Below are positions 1 through 13,139 of a stretch of 64,000 nucleotides of DNA, one piece after another. Both the position numbers and the translations under genes were made by a program. Source of the stretch: Negaprion brevirostris. Taxonomy: Eukaryota. Under the pieces are notes generated by a model that had not been told where the DNA came from, did no database searches, and saw nothing but the letters and a program-made list of their open reading frames with translations. The number at the start of each line of letters is the position of its first letter. Position 1 is the first letter of the stretch. Location: the NCBI GenBank assembly GCA_030324005.1, contig JARDVH010000042.1, forward strand, positions 108,506,412-108,570,411, read 5' to 3'.

Positions 1-104
1 ATGTGGGGAGAACTTGCAAACTCTGCAGAGACAATGACCCAAGTCAGGAATGAAAATTGAGTCCCTGACACTGTGAGGCAGCATTCCTAACCACTGTGCC
101 ATCC
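1..104 (-). mobile_element. 5' (tRNA-derived) part of an HE1/V-SINE-like SINE, cut by the window edge
   Basis: Reverse complement reads GGATGGCACAGTGGTTAGG...GCTGCCTCACAG...GAGTTTGCAAGTTCTCCCCAC, like other copies in the window. Confidence 0.8.
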
Positions 105-864
105 AATAAGCGGGAAAAGGCAGGGGAACCAGGATAAGAGTAAATAATTCCAGTTATTGAACCAGAATTAAAGCAGATATGAGGATCTTAGCATTCATTT
201 TCTCTGCTGTCATTCTATCACTTGCAGTTTTTTTGAAAGTTTTAGTTTTGCTGATGTGGTTAGATTTTGTTGATAAAAGTATAACGGTTAGTATGACATG
301 ATTTAAAATCAGTAAAATTCAAATATTTCATTACTGTGGTGAAGAATACTGGTCTCTTTTGCTGGCTTTGCAAATTAATGGCATATTTTGATAAGTATTG
401 GTGGATCTGAAACTTACTGCCATAATTTGGTGAAGTTGCTTTCATAGTTGGTTGAGTTTACAATTTCTCTGTACAATAAAAGTTTTAGTTACTAGACATT
501 GAGAATTTGTCAATGCATTTTGAAGGACTTGCACTTGATCAGTTTTACTGATGTATTTTGAATGATTTTCTTAATTTGAGGCAAGCACATTCTTGTAGCA
601 ATTCTTGTATGTATGTAGATACAATAAATTGAAATAGAGCAGTTTGTTTTTTCAGTTGGGTACTTTTGAACTCCAAGTGCCACACAGTCTTTTTTCTGTC
701 CTACAAGTGGGACTATAGACGCCCTAGCAAAACAAATTTTGTTGGAAAAGCTTCCATCAAATCAGTGGGGGAATTATGAGGGTTTTTCTTTTACTGAGAA
801 ATAGTTTTAAAAATCCAGGTTTAGTGAAAAGCTGTCTGTATACTGGATGAACTAACCTTTGAAG

Positions 865-1310
865 ATGGCTGTTTCAATGGATTTTACTGGGAAACCAGGA
901 GAATATTATTACAACCAAGAATCTTTCAGTGCATATGTGGAGTGATTAGAAATGTTTTTCACTGCTAATAATATCCTCAAGTTCCTGACAACCTGATAAT
1001 CAGGCAGTGGAGTAAAGGAAAAAGGGTGATTTTTCTAACTGAAGCAGGCATAGGAGACAATCAAAAATCTGCTTGCCCCATTGAAGCTAAAAGATGTGCT
1101 GGTGTCAGATATTTTATGTGAGTTTGAGCAGTGCTACATCCCAAGCCATTAGAGATTGCTGAAAGTTCTCAGTTTGGAACCAGGAATCAGTTGTCCAGCG
1201 AGGACATTGGAGACTTTATCACAGCTTTAAAAAAAACTGTCCATTTCATTGTAATTTTGGAGAATTTCAAGAGAGAGCATTGCGAGATAGATTTGTTTGT
1301 GATTTAAATG
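865..1310 (+). mobile_element. Degenerate Ty3/Gypsy gag remnant
   Basis: Frameshifted translation MAVSMDFTGKPGEYYYNQESFSAYVE*LEMFFTANNI...IFLTEAG...KPLEIAE...HCNFGEFQERALRDRFVCDL resembles the Gypsy gag consensus (YVERLEQYF-AN-I, PKPL-IAER, LRDRFVCGL). Confidence 0.7.
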
Positions 1311-1639
1311 CTCTGCCAATATCAAAATTTTGGTGGAGCAGGCTCAAAGGGCCAAATGGCCTACTCCTGCTTCCAGTTTATATGTTTCTATACTGCCAGG
1401 TTGGCTGTTCTAGGGCACAAGGAGGCATTGCCAGGTTGGCACTGCAAAGGGGTGTGTCTGAAATGGGTGGGGCCTGAAGGGGACATGGTCTGTAGCAGGC
1501 TGAGCCTGAAGGGGGCTTTGGACAACCCCTTCGAGCAGTATTGATTACTTGGGAGGGGTGTGAAGGAAAATTGCTACTAACGATTGGAGGGGTCCTGAAT
1601 CCTGCAACTGAGGGAGGGGTGCAGTCTGCAGCAGCGTTT

Positions 1640-2330
1640 TGAGATAAATAGATTGTGATTGTGATAAATAGCCCCTCAAAGTGGGTGGAGGGGCTGCAAA
1701 TGAATCAAACAACAGCCAGTAAAAATAGACATTTTGCACAGTTTGTTTGCTGCCATTGGTTCACAAATTGTGTTCCACAGCAGACCTCAGTTTTAATCAG
1801 AGGAGTTTTCAACTTCATGAGAGTAAATGAGGTAAAGCGCATGAGTATGGCTGTATGATCTTGCTTCCAGTGAAAATGTAGAGCGCACAATACAAATTGT
1901 TACACATGCTCTTGTTAAACAAGTGCTAGATACAAATTGGAAGAAATGTCATTTGTCATTGCCTCACAAACTGGAGACTTTTTTAATCACAACACACTTC
2001 GCACCACTCCCAGAGGAATGCCAACTGAAACTTTTCTTAGAAGACAAACCAGAATAAATTTTTCATTGTTGAAACCACGTTTTGCACATTCAATAGAAAT
2101 GAAAGAAAGCAGGGACAAAAAAAAGTCATGGCAGAGTGAAAGAAGGACATCTGAAGTTGAACTAGAAGATTAAGGTGGAAGATCATCATCAGAGGTGGTT
2201 GAAGTGGCGATCAGGAAGTGTCATGAAAAGATGTGTGGTCTTCACACATTTTTAGTCAAGGCATTTGGTAGAGGAAAGATAAGATTTGTAAATTTAGATC
2301 ATGATTTACCTTTAGGGGCTCGCAAAGAAG
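1640..2330 (+). mobile_element. Degenerate Ty3/Gypsy integrase remnant
   Basis: Fragments IVINSPSKWVEGLQMNQTTASK, PQF*SEEF..FMRVNEVKR...ASSENVERTIQ, LRTTPRGMPTETFLRRQTRINFSLLKP and KWRSGSVMKR..GLHTFLVK follow integrase core and C-terminal motif order. Explains ORFs 1655, 1937 and 2195. Confidence 0.7.
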
Positions 2331-3010
2331 AAAGTTGGGAAGAAACAAATGAGTCTGGTGAATTAGAAAGCTGGGTCCCAAGCAGAATAGCAACAGTTAC
2401 TCCAATACAGGTTGAGCCTGAAACCAGTTCAGATCCTCCTCAGAATGAGACAGATATGCCTGATGAAATGGAAAGGCAATTGAAGGTCAAAGTCAAAATC
2501 AGTCTCTCGGAACTTTTTTCAGAGATTGTGTTATGATGGCTTTCACATGGAGGACTTACTCTCTTAATTACAGCTCAGCTAACACAAAGACTCATGGGGA
2601 CAGTACTCTGGTAAAAGACGTTTTTTATTTTCCAAGCTTGGTCAACATACGAGGGAGAGTGATTTGGGGCAGTTCCAAATCAACTGTGAATCTGAAATTA
2701 CATTATTCTTAGTCCTGCAATTATACAATTTTCAAAAGCTATTTGCTCACCTCAACTGGGTATGAGCCAATCATTGTAAGTATGGATTAGATATCTTGGC
2801 CAATAACATCTGCTCCTGTGCAGCATTGGACTCTTGTGATCATCTTGTGAACATTAAGGATCTTACTCATAGCTTCCTGATGTTTGCCAGATCCCCTTAT
2901 CCGGTGTCCTAGGTTCAATGTGCATCCTATTCATAAGGGATGTCTGACTTTTATCAGACTACCTTACACAGTCTTTGTTGGAGAAATCTTCTCCTGTAAT
3001 TTACACAATC

Positions 3011-3182
3011 GTAGAATGCCTACAGTGCAGAAGGAGACCATTCAGTCCATCGAGCCTCCACCACCGACAATCCCACCCAGGCTCTATTCGCGTAACTCCA
3101 CATATTTAACCTGCTGATCCCCCTAACACTAAGGGGCAGTTTAGCATGGCCAATCAACCTGACCTGCACATCTTTGGAGTGT
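3011..3182 (-). mobile_element. HE1-like SINE, 3' half
   Basis: TAGAATGCCTACAGTGCAGAAGGAGACCATTCAG...ATCCCACCCAGG...CCTGCACATCTTTGGA is the reverse of the SINE 3' tail. Confidence 0.8.
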
Positions 3183-4899
3183 AACCTTTTCAGTAAGGAC
3201 AGAGTATAATAGCATCTTCTTACTGCCATTTGTACATGTATGCACATATAAACTGAATTTTCTGGATCATCTTGTCTTGCCTTCAGCATGCCCCCACCAC
3301 ATGTTTCCTGCTGGCGAGGAGTATAGTCAATGGGAACTTCTATTGTCAGCGGCGNNNNNNNNNNNNNNNNNNNNNNNNNNNNNNNNNNNNNNNNGCAAGA
3401 AACATACAGCAGAGATAATTCCCCCCAGATAATCCCCCCATAGTCAAACTGGAATAAACTAGATTTAAGTTGTATAATTTTGAACTCCATGCGCTGCACG
3501 CAGTCCCATTTCTGTCCTGCAAAGATAGCACTTGGCCAGTTTTGCTGAGGCACTTTGAATAATTTTCACAATCTGAGGTAACAGCTGACAGCATCCGAAC
3601 ACAAACATCCTCACCTTTTATTTTGTTATTGCCAATAGTGTTGTCCTTTAAAACAGAAACTGGTTCAGTTCTTTACCTGCCAAACAAAAAAGGCAAATAT
3701 CAGAACAAGTGACCTTTCTGTCATTTTCAATCCCAGCAAGCTAAAGCAACCGAGATTGTTCTGAGGATTTGTGGCATATCATATGAATTACAAAAAAAAA
3801 ACAGATGTCTGTCTGCGTTGCTCAGCTTGCTTACTGAACTGAGATGCATCCTGAGTGCTCAGGAGGGGATATGAGAGAAGTGCAGATCAGTGCAATATTC
3901 TTTCGTAAGCTTCACTTCCTCAACAGGCTCCACATATCTTGTTACTGGTCCCATTGTGCATTGCGGCCTGAGTTGCCAAGATCAGTCCAGCAATGTTCTG
4001 AGCCATTAACTTGAGGTTTTTATGCCGGGTATCAAATTTAAAAATCACCCATTTTAACCCATGTGTCGTAGGAAACAAAGCATGTACCGGAATAGACTTA
4101 CATTCTAGAGAGAAAGTTAATGCAGAGTAATCAATGGAGAAATTTTCAAACAAACAGTTCTGGGGAGGTCAGGAATGTTGGCTCAGCTCACTGGGAGGTG
4201 GCTGCTTCATATCTTTACTCGGCTTCCTGCAGATCTCGGCATTGATGTTGATTTGGATCAGAGGGTCGCAACTGGATTACGCTATGTCAGAGCTGATGAA
4301 GGTTTTGCATAAGCCCTGGGCCCCTTGATGTTACTGCAGTCATTTTAACCCTTGAATTATTTTCAACGCAATGAGTTTATCATGATTTGGAATGTGCTTA
4401 TTTCCTTTGCCATTGCAAGTTGCTGAATGAGAAGAGATGCTTAACCTTTTGTAGGGTAAGATCCAAATTAAATTTTAAGAAAAGTTGCCCTTGTGGTGCA
4501 TAGTAAAACCCAATTTGGGGTTTTGTCCCTCTTGTCCCAGGGCAACTGGATTGAATTCAGGCATGTTCCGCAGCTTCACAACAGGTTTAATTATTGTCCC
4601 TTGAAGTTCAGTTAATCCAGTCCCTACTACAGTCAACATTCTTTAGAAACAGTAAACCTGAAATTCCAGAGCGAACTTCCAGTTTGCCCACAATCGAGAG
4701 TTTGGACAGCATCCCAAATTGCAGTGCAGGAACATGTTTGGCACCTATAGTGCTGTACAATGAATCTTGTGCCTGACCCCAAAGCTACTCGTCTTGAGGC
4801 ACATTTACCTTGGTCGAACGTAAGATAAATCTTTAACAAGTATGTTCAGGTGGAACTGCAAAAAACAAAAATAACACTTCCCAGGAACTTTGAAAGCCC

Positions 4900-5160
4900 C
4901 AAAGCACTTAACAGCCAGTGGAGTAGATTGCAAAGTGTAGTCACTGTATAAAGTATGGAAATAAGCGCACAGAAAGATTCCCACATGACCAATGAAACAG
5001 TTTCAGTAATGTCAGTTGACAGTAAACATTGACCAGGACTCACCCCCTCTTCAAATATCATCATGCAACCTTTATATCCACCTAATATGCCAGACACAGC
5101 ATCCCAGCACACTTCCAATGCTGCAGCACTCTCTCCCAGTCTCAAAAGTGTCAGTGTAGA
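4900..5160 (-). mobile_element. Old Deu-domain SINE-like fragment (SacSINE1/AmnSINE1-like)
   Basis: CACTTCCAATGCTGCAGCACTCTCTCCCAGT...GTGTCAG resembles the recalled Deu-domain motif CACCTCCGACAGTGCAGCACTCCCTCAGT. Heavily diverged. Confidence 0.4.
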
Positions 5161-6309
5161 TCACTGGTATTCCCTCAAAAAACAGGCAGGACCAACTGGA
5201 TATTGGACAATTTTAATTGGACTGTAAGTAAAATTTTAAAAATACTTAGCAATTCATTGTAATTTATCTTTTCAATAAGGTATTTTGGTTCACTAAACAC
5301 AACAAATGTAATTAAAAGACAAACATTNNNNNNNNNNNNNNNNNNNNNNNNNNNNNNNNNNNNNNNNNNNNNNNNNNNNNNNNNNNNNNNNNNNNNNNNN
5401 NNNNNNNNNNNNNNNNNNNNNNNNNNNNNNNNNNNNNNNNNNNNNNNNNNNNNNNNNNNNNNNNNNNNNNNNNNNNNNNNNNNNNNNNNNNNNNNNNNNN
5501 NNNNNNNNNNNNNNNNNNNNNNNNNNNNNNNNNNNNNNNNNNNNNNNNNNNNNNNNNNNNNNNNNNNNNNNNNNNNNNNNNNNNNNNNNNNNNNNNNNNN
5601 NNNNNNNNNNNNNNNNNNNNNNNNNNNNNNNNNNNNNNNNNNNNNNNNNNNNNNNNNNNNNNNNNNNNNNNNNNNNNNNNNNNNNNNNNNNNNNNNNNNN
5701 NNNNNNNNNNNNNNNNNNNNNNNNNNNNNNNNNNNNNNNNNNNNNNNNNNNNNNNNNNNNNNNNNNNNNNNNNNNNNNNNNNNNNNNNNNNNNNNNNNNN
5801 NNNTCCCACACCTTGACCTTCCTGCTCAAAGCCCCTTCCACCCCTCCCCATTTCCTGCCCTTTCCACTCGCACCATTTGCTGCACCCCGCCCCTTTCACT
5901 CAAGACTCCTGCGATTCCTCAGTTGTCCTGCTCACAATCTCTCCAGCTCATCGACACTCCCTACCACCACTTCCCTATCTCAAACACTCACGATGAAGTT
6001 GCAAATGGATTGACTGGCAAGCGGGAGGGTTAGCTATTAGGAGGGAGATGGTGAGGGGGAGGCAGATTCAATCAAAGCATTCGGAAGGGCATAAGATGGT
6101 TACTTGAATAGAAACAATGTTCAGAGGATATTGGAACTAAGCTAAATGCTTGTTTGAAAGCTGGTACAGACACGATGGGCCAAATGGCCTCCACCTGCAT
6201 CATAACAATTGTGTGATCCTGTAATGGCAATGCTGTATCATACCCAGCTGTGAAAAGCCATGTCATGCCACACAGGGACAATGCTGACAACGTCCTTTTC
6301 AACAGTCCT

Positions 6310-6900
6310 CGGTGTTGTGAATAGTTACAAACATCATCTTATGCCCAAAATAAACCTTTTCACTGTGCCATCAAATCCCTTTGTCACTTAAAATACCTCG
6401 ATGCCTCAATTCCAGTTTAAGCATGTCAGACCCAAAATGGATGACCACACTTGCCCTCCCTGAACATCATCAGCCGTGGTTTTGCCCATTCACTGAGGCG
6501 TTCAAAGCTCCTTTGTAACTTCCTGCTCCATTTACACACTTATTCTGCTCTCCAAACATAACACCATCTGGAAATTTGCAGGTTCAACATTCTGTTCCTT
6601 CAATCAGGTCATTAAAATATATGGTGAATAGCTGAAGTGCCAGTATAGATCCACCAGAAATATTTGTAAAAGTTCCTCTGCTCAGAAAATTATTTCCTAA
6701 TTTATCTCTGTATCTTCAGACCACTTACCCATTCACATAACCGGCACTTCCATGCGTTCTCATTCTTGTGAATAACCTCATGTTCAGACAGTTAACAATT
6801 TCCTCCTGAAACATATACAGTAAAGTCACATGCCATCTACCACACCAGTTACAACCTCAAAGAATTCAATTATGTTAGTCAAACATGACCTGTCCTTCAG
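6310..6900 (-). mobile_element. Highly decayed CR1-type LINE RT fragment
   Basis: Remnants such as ACCATCTGGAAATTTGC (FADD region) and GTTACAACCTCAAAGAATTC...GTTAGTCAAACATGACCTG (SCLTNL-EFFE region). Confidence 0.5.
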
Positions 6901-9894
6901 CAGTGTAACAACGTTATGCCCGATTAATGTGATGATGATAAATTGTAATGTAAATATAAAAAGGACAAAATGTATGGGGAAAATGGAGCAGAAAGATGGG
7001 GAAAGAGCATGGGAGTGAGATTAACCTAATTTCTGTTTGAAAGAGTCAGTGTATAATTGATGGGCCAAACGGCTACCTCTTGTGCTGTACCATTCTGCAA
7101 ATCTATGAAGTTCATGCATCCTTTGATAAATCGATAATGATCTATAGTGCTCAGTAACCCTTTTAGAGGATAAAAACCACCTGTTTGGCCCAAAACCTTG
7201 CAAGGGAGAGTCTAAGCTTTCATACCAGTGAAACTAGTGGTTAAAAAGAAAGCGGCATGGACAAGTTGGGCCGAAGGTCCTGTTTCCATGCTGTAAACCT
7301 CTATAACCCTATGACCAATTTCCACACTGTACAATTTCACAAAGATTCAGATACATTATCAGTCACCTAGAGGGTTAGGGCCTTAGCAATACTAGAAAAT
7401 TCCATGTTGCTTTATCTACCTGTTGTTTCAGCTTTGTTGTCTTTTATCAATTGAAAAGGCCTGTACAGAATAGGAGTTGCGAAACGTTGCACACAGAGCT
7501 CCCCATACCTGTGAAATACTCTCCTAAGCAGCATAATCAGTTGGAACGCTCTCCAGAACGTCACGTTAGTGAACATGGTTTGCTGGAGCATACAGTCAGG
7601 AATCTGTTGCCAATTCTAAACTCTCAAGAACTACCTGGAGCAAAAAATTCAGAGCTATTTTTCGCAGTTGTTTCAAGTTGATGTTATATACGAAAAGGGG
7701 AGAATAAATGGAATCTAAAAAGTGTATGATTTGAAATTAAATCCAATTAGTCAAACATCTGAAAAGGATTAGGGATAGAGAGGAAAAATTGTTTAGTGAA
7801 TGCTGGGCTCAGAAGTCTGAGGTCTTACTTTGCCCTCAGAAGTAGAGCGAAGCTGAATTCTGTCACTTTCGAATACAGACAGTGATCGTAAATGATAATA
7901 ATGGGGTCTTTGCATGCTTGGGCACATCAAGGCTGGTAAGGAACTTCAGGATCTAGGGCACCTGATTGCAGACGTTCTGCTTCTTTGACCATGAAGTGTT
8001 AGGTTGGGAAGGATTCAAATGAGAATGTAGTTTACCTCAGTCTGTTCCTATGGAGCTGTAGAGGCTTAACTCTGTTAGTAATTGATCCCTACCCTAAGGG
8101 ATTGTCTAGGATAGCTTCCAGGCCCTTTGCACCTTTGGCATGCACAGCGATTGAAGGTTGGTGTTATTCCTGTTGAGGTTGCAAAACACTGATTATGGCC
8201 TACATGACACCATCCTGTAGTCTCTTTGGATTGGCAGCATACAATTTACAAAGTATTTTCCACCAATCTCCATATAAGTTTGCTCCATTGGTGGCTAGCC
8301 TCTTTGGTATGAATGTTTCTTTCCCCTGAAGCTATAAGAGATTACTTAAATACTCCTTTTCCTTTGTCTAATGAGTTTTAGAATTGTTGTGTGATTGGTC
8401 AAGATGCCTCCCTGGATAAGAGGAGCGTGCAAGTGAATATTGGCAGAAACTTTTATATGCTGTCACTGTTGAGTGGTTTGCTTGTAATTTGGCAGGCATG
8501 CCATGCGTGAATATTATCATTGTTTGAGAAAGAACTAAATAGTTTCTAAATAATTAGCATGTATCTGATGCGCTTACACAGATCTTTGAGCTGAAAGTGA
8601 GTGTTGATGCTGTGCTTTAATATCACCTTGGAATCAGATGCTTTTAGCATGCGCTCACCATTGAGGTCATCTTTAAACGTCTTTCACATCTCTTATGAAG
8701 ACTACTTGACCGTAGAGATTGAGTTCAGCTGTCCTTACTACCTCCACTGTTGTACCTCAGATGGCAATCCTTCTTTGTTTGATTCCCCTGTTAGATAACT
8801 GTATGTGTAAATCTCAGAGGCCACGTACTCTCCTCTAACATCACCTCAACTGCAGCCAGAAATAGTTTCCAACAATAAGGAACACAGGAACAGGGGTAGG
8901 CAGTTCAGCCCAATGAAATTATTTCACCATTCAGGTTGATCATGACAAATCTGCCTTTGACTGCTCACCTTGAATCTCTTACCTTTAATATCCTTGCCTT
9001 GATCTCAGTCAATCTCAGTTTCGCATTTTTCAATTGACTAAGCATTAACAGCATTTTGGGGGGCAGATTTTCATTGCCCCCTGTATGAAGAATTACTTAG
9101 TGACACCATCCCTGTGTAGTCTAGCTTTAATTTTAATGTTATGTCCCTTGTTCTGAACTCCCTCACCAGAGGAAGTAGTTTCTCTCCACCCATCCTGTTT
9201 CAGATAGGAGTTTAATTTAATTTCTTCTCTCACCATAAGCAGAAAGGTACTTTGATTATATAAGCAGTGGTGTACTTCCCCAACCCCTCGCTTTTTGTGT
9301 GATCAAAGTTTCTATTAATAATCGCACAGCAGACTTGAGATAGGATAGACTCAAAGGGTTAGTTTACTTGTAGACACTCAAAATACAGTAAGGAGTGTTT
9401 GCAGTATCACCTCCACACTCAAGACAGTGAAGGGATGGATAGAGAAATAAGGTTTTACAAGAATAAGCATTGATTCACGTACATTCAAGAGTTCAGAATC
9501 AAAGTCCAATGAGGTATTTCTTCATGGAGGTTGGTGGGAAGAAAACCAATATTGTAGATTTCATTTCTCTGTTGATATTGGTTTTGCATGATGAGATAGG
9601 CACATGGGATGAATCAGTCTTTTAGGTGACGACATAGAACTTCCAACAGAAGCAATGTAGATGGGGCCAGATGCACAACTTGGCAGAGCTCCTTTCTGTG
9701 TGGCTGCTGGTCAGATGTTAAAGGACAGACTGAGCTGTACAGTTCAGCAAGGCAATGTTACTTGTTCCACAAGCCAGAGACCAAGGTCACCCTAACCTCA
9801 CCACCAGCTCTTCAACAAAGGATGTGGATCCATCGGCTGGAATTCGACAGGGTCTCAAAGACTGCAAACTATCTCAGCCATTAAGAGTTGAAAG

Positions 9895-10790
9895 AGTCAA
9901 GAGTCATCAAGGTTTACAGCATGGAAAAAGGCCCTTTGGCTCAACTTGTCCAGGCTGCCCTTTTCCTAAAACCCCTAAGCTAATCCCAATTGCCTGCATT
10001 TGGCCAATATCCCTCAATGTCCATTGTGCCCATGTAATTTTCTAAATGCCTTTTGAAAGATAAAATTGTACCCACCTTTACTACTACCTCTGGCAGCATG
10101 TTCCAGACACTCACCATCCTCTGGGTGAAAAAATTGCCCCACTGGACACTGCCTTCTAGTTTTAGACTCCCCTATGTATGGGAAAAGTTATGGACTATCT
10201 ACCTTGTCTATGCCCCTCACTAATTTATAGACCTCTATAAGGTCACCCCTTAGTCTCCTATGCTCCAGAGGAAAAAGTCCCAGTTTTTCAGCCTCTCCTC
10301 TATAACGCAATCCATCAAGTCCCAGTAGCATTTTAGTAAATCTTCTCTGCANNNNNNNNNNNNNNNNNNNNNNNNNNNNNNNNNNNNNNNNNNNNNNNNN
10401 NNNNNNNNNNNNNNNNNNNNNNNNNNNNNNNNNNNNNNNNNNNNNNNNNNNNNNNNNNNNNNNNNNNNNNNNNNNNNNNNNNNNNNNNNNNNNNNNNNNN
10501 NNNNNNNNNNNNNNNNNNNNNNNNNNNNNNNNNNNNNNNNNNNNNNNNNNNNNNNNNNNNNNNNNNNNNNNNNNNNTCTCCCCAACGCCCTACCATTAAC
10601 TGAGTAAGTCCTGCCCTGGTTCAATCTACCAAAATGCATCACCTCACATTTGTTTAAATTAAACTCCATCTGTCATTCGTCAGCCCACTGGCCCAATTGA
10701 TCACAATCCCATTGTAATTGGAGATATCTTTCTTCACTGTCCACTGTGCCACCAATCTTGGTGTTATCTGCAAATTTACTAACCATGCAA
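9895..10790 (-). mobile_element. CR1/HER1-like LINE 3' portion (RT C-terminus and 3' tail), spanning a gap
   Basis: Minus strand encodes SKFADNTKIGG...W-MEFNLNKCEVMHFGRLN, followed by a CR1-type 3' end. Confidence 0.85.
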
Positions 10791-11859
10791 AGAACGTTTG
10801 AGAAGCCCTTTGTCTTAACAGCCCTCTGTCTCCTTTTGGCAAGCCTGGATTATCAAATGGGAGAGAGCTTTTGTACAGTTCGCTATGACGTTGGGCTGTG
10901 CAGTCCCTTGATGATCATTAGTGACTCCTCAGAGATAAGGAAGTGTGAGTTTTCCCAAAAGTGCGAAGTGGCTCCTGCTGTTCTGGGTTCAGTCATTCTG
11001 AGGATTATGTTCAGCCAAAGTCTAATTCTAAAATGTAGAAATAGCAATGAGTCTACATATGAATGTATCTTATAAATTACAGCGTGAGGTTGTTGTCCAT
11101 CACAGCCCTCTTAACTCATCTGATCATCATCAAGTCTTCATTTAGATCATCCCTCTTTCTTCTACATTCAAGGAATCCAAGACTAATCTATGCAGTCTGA
11201 CTTCAGAATCACAGTATGCTGTGCCTCAAGTACAATTGCTTTAAAAATACCTTTGTGAAGTGATTAGCAGTACAATTTGAACACACCATTGACATGTTGT
11301 CAACAAGCTTGAAGGCACTGGCAAACCTACTTGGCAATCACTTTGTGGAAATGCCTTCAAACAGACCAAGTCACTGGAGAGCCAGATGCAGAACGATGCC
11401 ATCTGCCGCATGGAAACCTGTCATTAACACACAGAGTAGAGCAAGAACAACCACTGACTGACTGTATTGGTCAGCTACACTCTTGAGCCTGCCTCCACTT
11501 CCTTCCACATATGCTGTGGTGCTGACTATTGGAGTAGCAAATAAGACCACCCTCTTTCCAATCACTTTGTGCAGCACCATTACTGATATACCAGCTATCA
11601 AGCAAACAGACAAATTCTGGGTTACTCCATTACTGGACCACACCCACAGAGTCATGCGGCCACATGTGATTTTTTTTTTTCGCTGTGGTTTTCTTTCCGC
11701 CCTTTTGTCTTTCTTCCCTATTTCAACATTTTTGTGCATGATATAAATTGTTTTTGTCTCCCTCTGTGCAGCACTCGCCTTTCAATGTCCATATCATTTT
11801 AAATTGTATACGTTATAATTTTCTGACACCCTTCCCAGCCCTACCCTATCAATAATAAT

Positions 11860-12160
11860 TTCCATTTCTATAGCACCTTTAATGGTAGAAGACATTCCAA
11901 GAAGCTTCACCGGAGCTTTGTTAAACATTTTGACAGTGAAACATGGAGCAGATGTAAGAACAGATGAGCCAAAGCTTGGGCAAAGAGACTGGCTTTTGAG
12001 AGTCTCCAAAAGAAGGTGGACAGCTTCAAGAAGGAACTCCAGAGTTTAGGGCCTAGGAAACTGAAGGCACAGCTGCCAATTGTAGGGCCATTAAAATTGG
12101 TGATGTGCACAAAACCAGAATTGGAGCAGTGGAGAACTGTCAGAGGGAGTCAGAACTTGG
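11860..12160 (-). mobile_element. L2-like LINE 3' fragment
   Basis: CATTTCTATAGCACCTTTAATG terminus; minus frame reads IGSCAFSFLGPKLWSS, like the L2 RAFS--GP-LWN motif. Confidence 0.6.
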
Positions 12161-12177
12161 GGAAGTTACAGAGGAAC

Positions 12178-12244
12178 TTTATAATACCCTTGTCAGACCC
12201 CACTTGGAGTACTGTGCGCAGTTCTGGTCGCCTCACTACAGGAA
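12178..12244 (+). mobile_element. CR1 LINE fragment running into a gap
   Basis: Encodes LYNTLVRPHLEYCAQFWSPHYR, a hallmark of the CR1 ORF2 C-terminus. Confidence 0.8.
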
Positions 12245-13139
12245 NNNNNNNNNNNNNNNNNNNNNNNNNNNNNNNNNNNNNNNNNNNNNNNNNNNNNNNN
12301 NNNNNNNNNNNNNNNNNNNNNNNNNNNNNNNNNNNNNNNNNNNNNNNNNNNNNNNNNNNNNNNNNNNNNNNNNNNNNNNNNNNNNNNNNNNNNNNNNNNN
12401 NNNNNNNNNNNNNNNNNNNNNNNNNNNNNNNNNNNNNNNNNNNNNNNNNNNNNNNNNNNNNNNNNNNNNNNNNNNNNNNNNNNNNNNNNNNNNNNNNNNN
12501 NNNNNNNNNNNNNNNNNNNNNNNNNNNNNNNNNNNNNNNNNNNNNNNNNNNNNNNNNNNNNNNNNNNNNNNNNNNNNNNNNNNNNNNNNNNNNNNNNNNN
12601 NNNNNNNNNNNNNNNNNNNNNNNNNNNNNNNNNNNNNNNAGCGATACCATATTCCATCGACAAGTAAAAAAAAATTGTACCATTAGATATTACGTTTGGG
12701 ATTTTTCACTCCCGTTTGTGTTGGGTGGTTTCGGTGATGGAAGTGGAAATTATTGTGTAAAGTTCAAAGTCATGTTTTACATTGAAGCAAGCTCATGACG
12801 TGTTTGATTCTTCCTCCTGTCAGTTACATTCAACATTGGGAGCCTCATTTGAATGCATTACCATGTATTTATCAGGCCTAAATGTCAGAATCACCCATCC
12901 CTACCAAACAGTCCATCCTCACCAGCATGACAGCACAACGGCGTGAAGCTTGATTAGTCTCTGAAGATGTGCCTCGACAATGCCAGGGGTGCCCAGGTAG
13001 TACTGGGAAGGGGGTTCCAGGGTTAACTGGATTGGTCACTGCCTGCTGGAACAGCCTTTAAAAATGGCAACCCAATTCTTGTGTTTCTCAGCTACGGGGC
13101 AGGTGAATCAGAGGCCCCGCCCAGCAGCAATACATCCTT

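Noticed and set aside
2195-2536. 113-aa acidic ORF as a nested host gene
   Set aside because: It continues the degenerate Gypsy integrase C-terminus and has no independent gene signals.
2535-2970. Possible solo LTRs (also about 9270-9890 and 47350-48350)
   Set aside because: LTR-like composition only. No paired LTR, PBS/PPT or clear TSD could be verified.
5293-5899. Long ORFs in the track at 5293-5899, 12016-12798 and 51520-52105
   Set aside because: Their length comes from runs of N; no coding evidence.
7940-8815. Coding-like composition on the minus strand (also 28370-29280 on plus)
   Set aside because: Multiple stops and no motif I can identify with confidence. Probably decayed TE; needs a tBLASTx/HMM search.
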